Shown piece by piece: positions 63,813 to 64,000 of a stretch of 64,000 nt of DNA. Position numbers and translations under genes: made by a program. The DNA comes from the human T2T-CHM13v2.0 reference genome, Homo sapiens. Numbering within the stretch: position 1 is the stretch's first letter; each line of letters begins with the position of its first letter. The stretch is taken from NCBI RefSeq assembly GCF_009914755.1, contig NC_060929.1. One strand, written 5' to 3'. The notes under the pieces were generated by a model. It was not told the origin of the DNA and ran no database searches. It saw only the letters and a list, made by a program, of their open reading frames with translations.

Positions 63813-64000
63813 TGTTTGGTGATTTTTGAAGAGGCCATAAGGAACCTAGAAAAGGCAGAACTGACTGTATCTCCCTTTTTCAGTAGTATATGCAGGTTAT
63901 AACAAAACCTGTGTAGAAAGAAATCATTTTTTGGAAGTTAAGATTGGTTCAGTATTCAAAAAAGCCACCAGAATATTGCAGACAATTAAAAAAAAAACAG

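Overview
AT-rich, CpG-poor primate genomic DNA, probably human or great ape, since it carries AluY and an L1PA2-like insertion. It is dominated by interspersed repeats: Alu, L1 of several ages, L2, MIR, ERVL-MaLR/ERVL/ERV1 LTRs and hAT MITEs. I find no recognisable protein-coding gene, RNA gene or CpG island. The supplied ORFs look like repeat-derived or chance frames, so the window appears intronic or intergenic. I could not support a novel biological system. The best-supported observations are retroelement structures: a ~7 kb L1MA nested in an older L1 with a TSD, a twin-primed inverted L1PB, a head-to-head Alu fusion at a 5-bp microhomology, a THE1 LTR nested in an ERV1 LTR with both TSDs intact, and an internally deleted MaLR provirus. 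More speculative are several splice-signal-bounded micro/mini-exon candidates, a recursive-splice-site-like motif and a CCAAT-containing repeat-poor island. Subfamily names come from recalled consensus features and need RepeatMasker/Dfam confirmation. Boundaries of old repeats are approximate.
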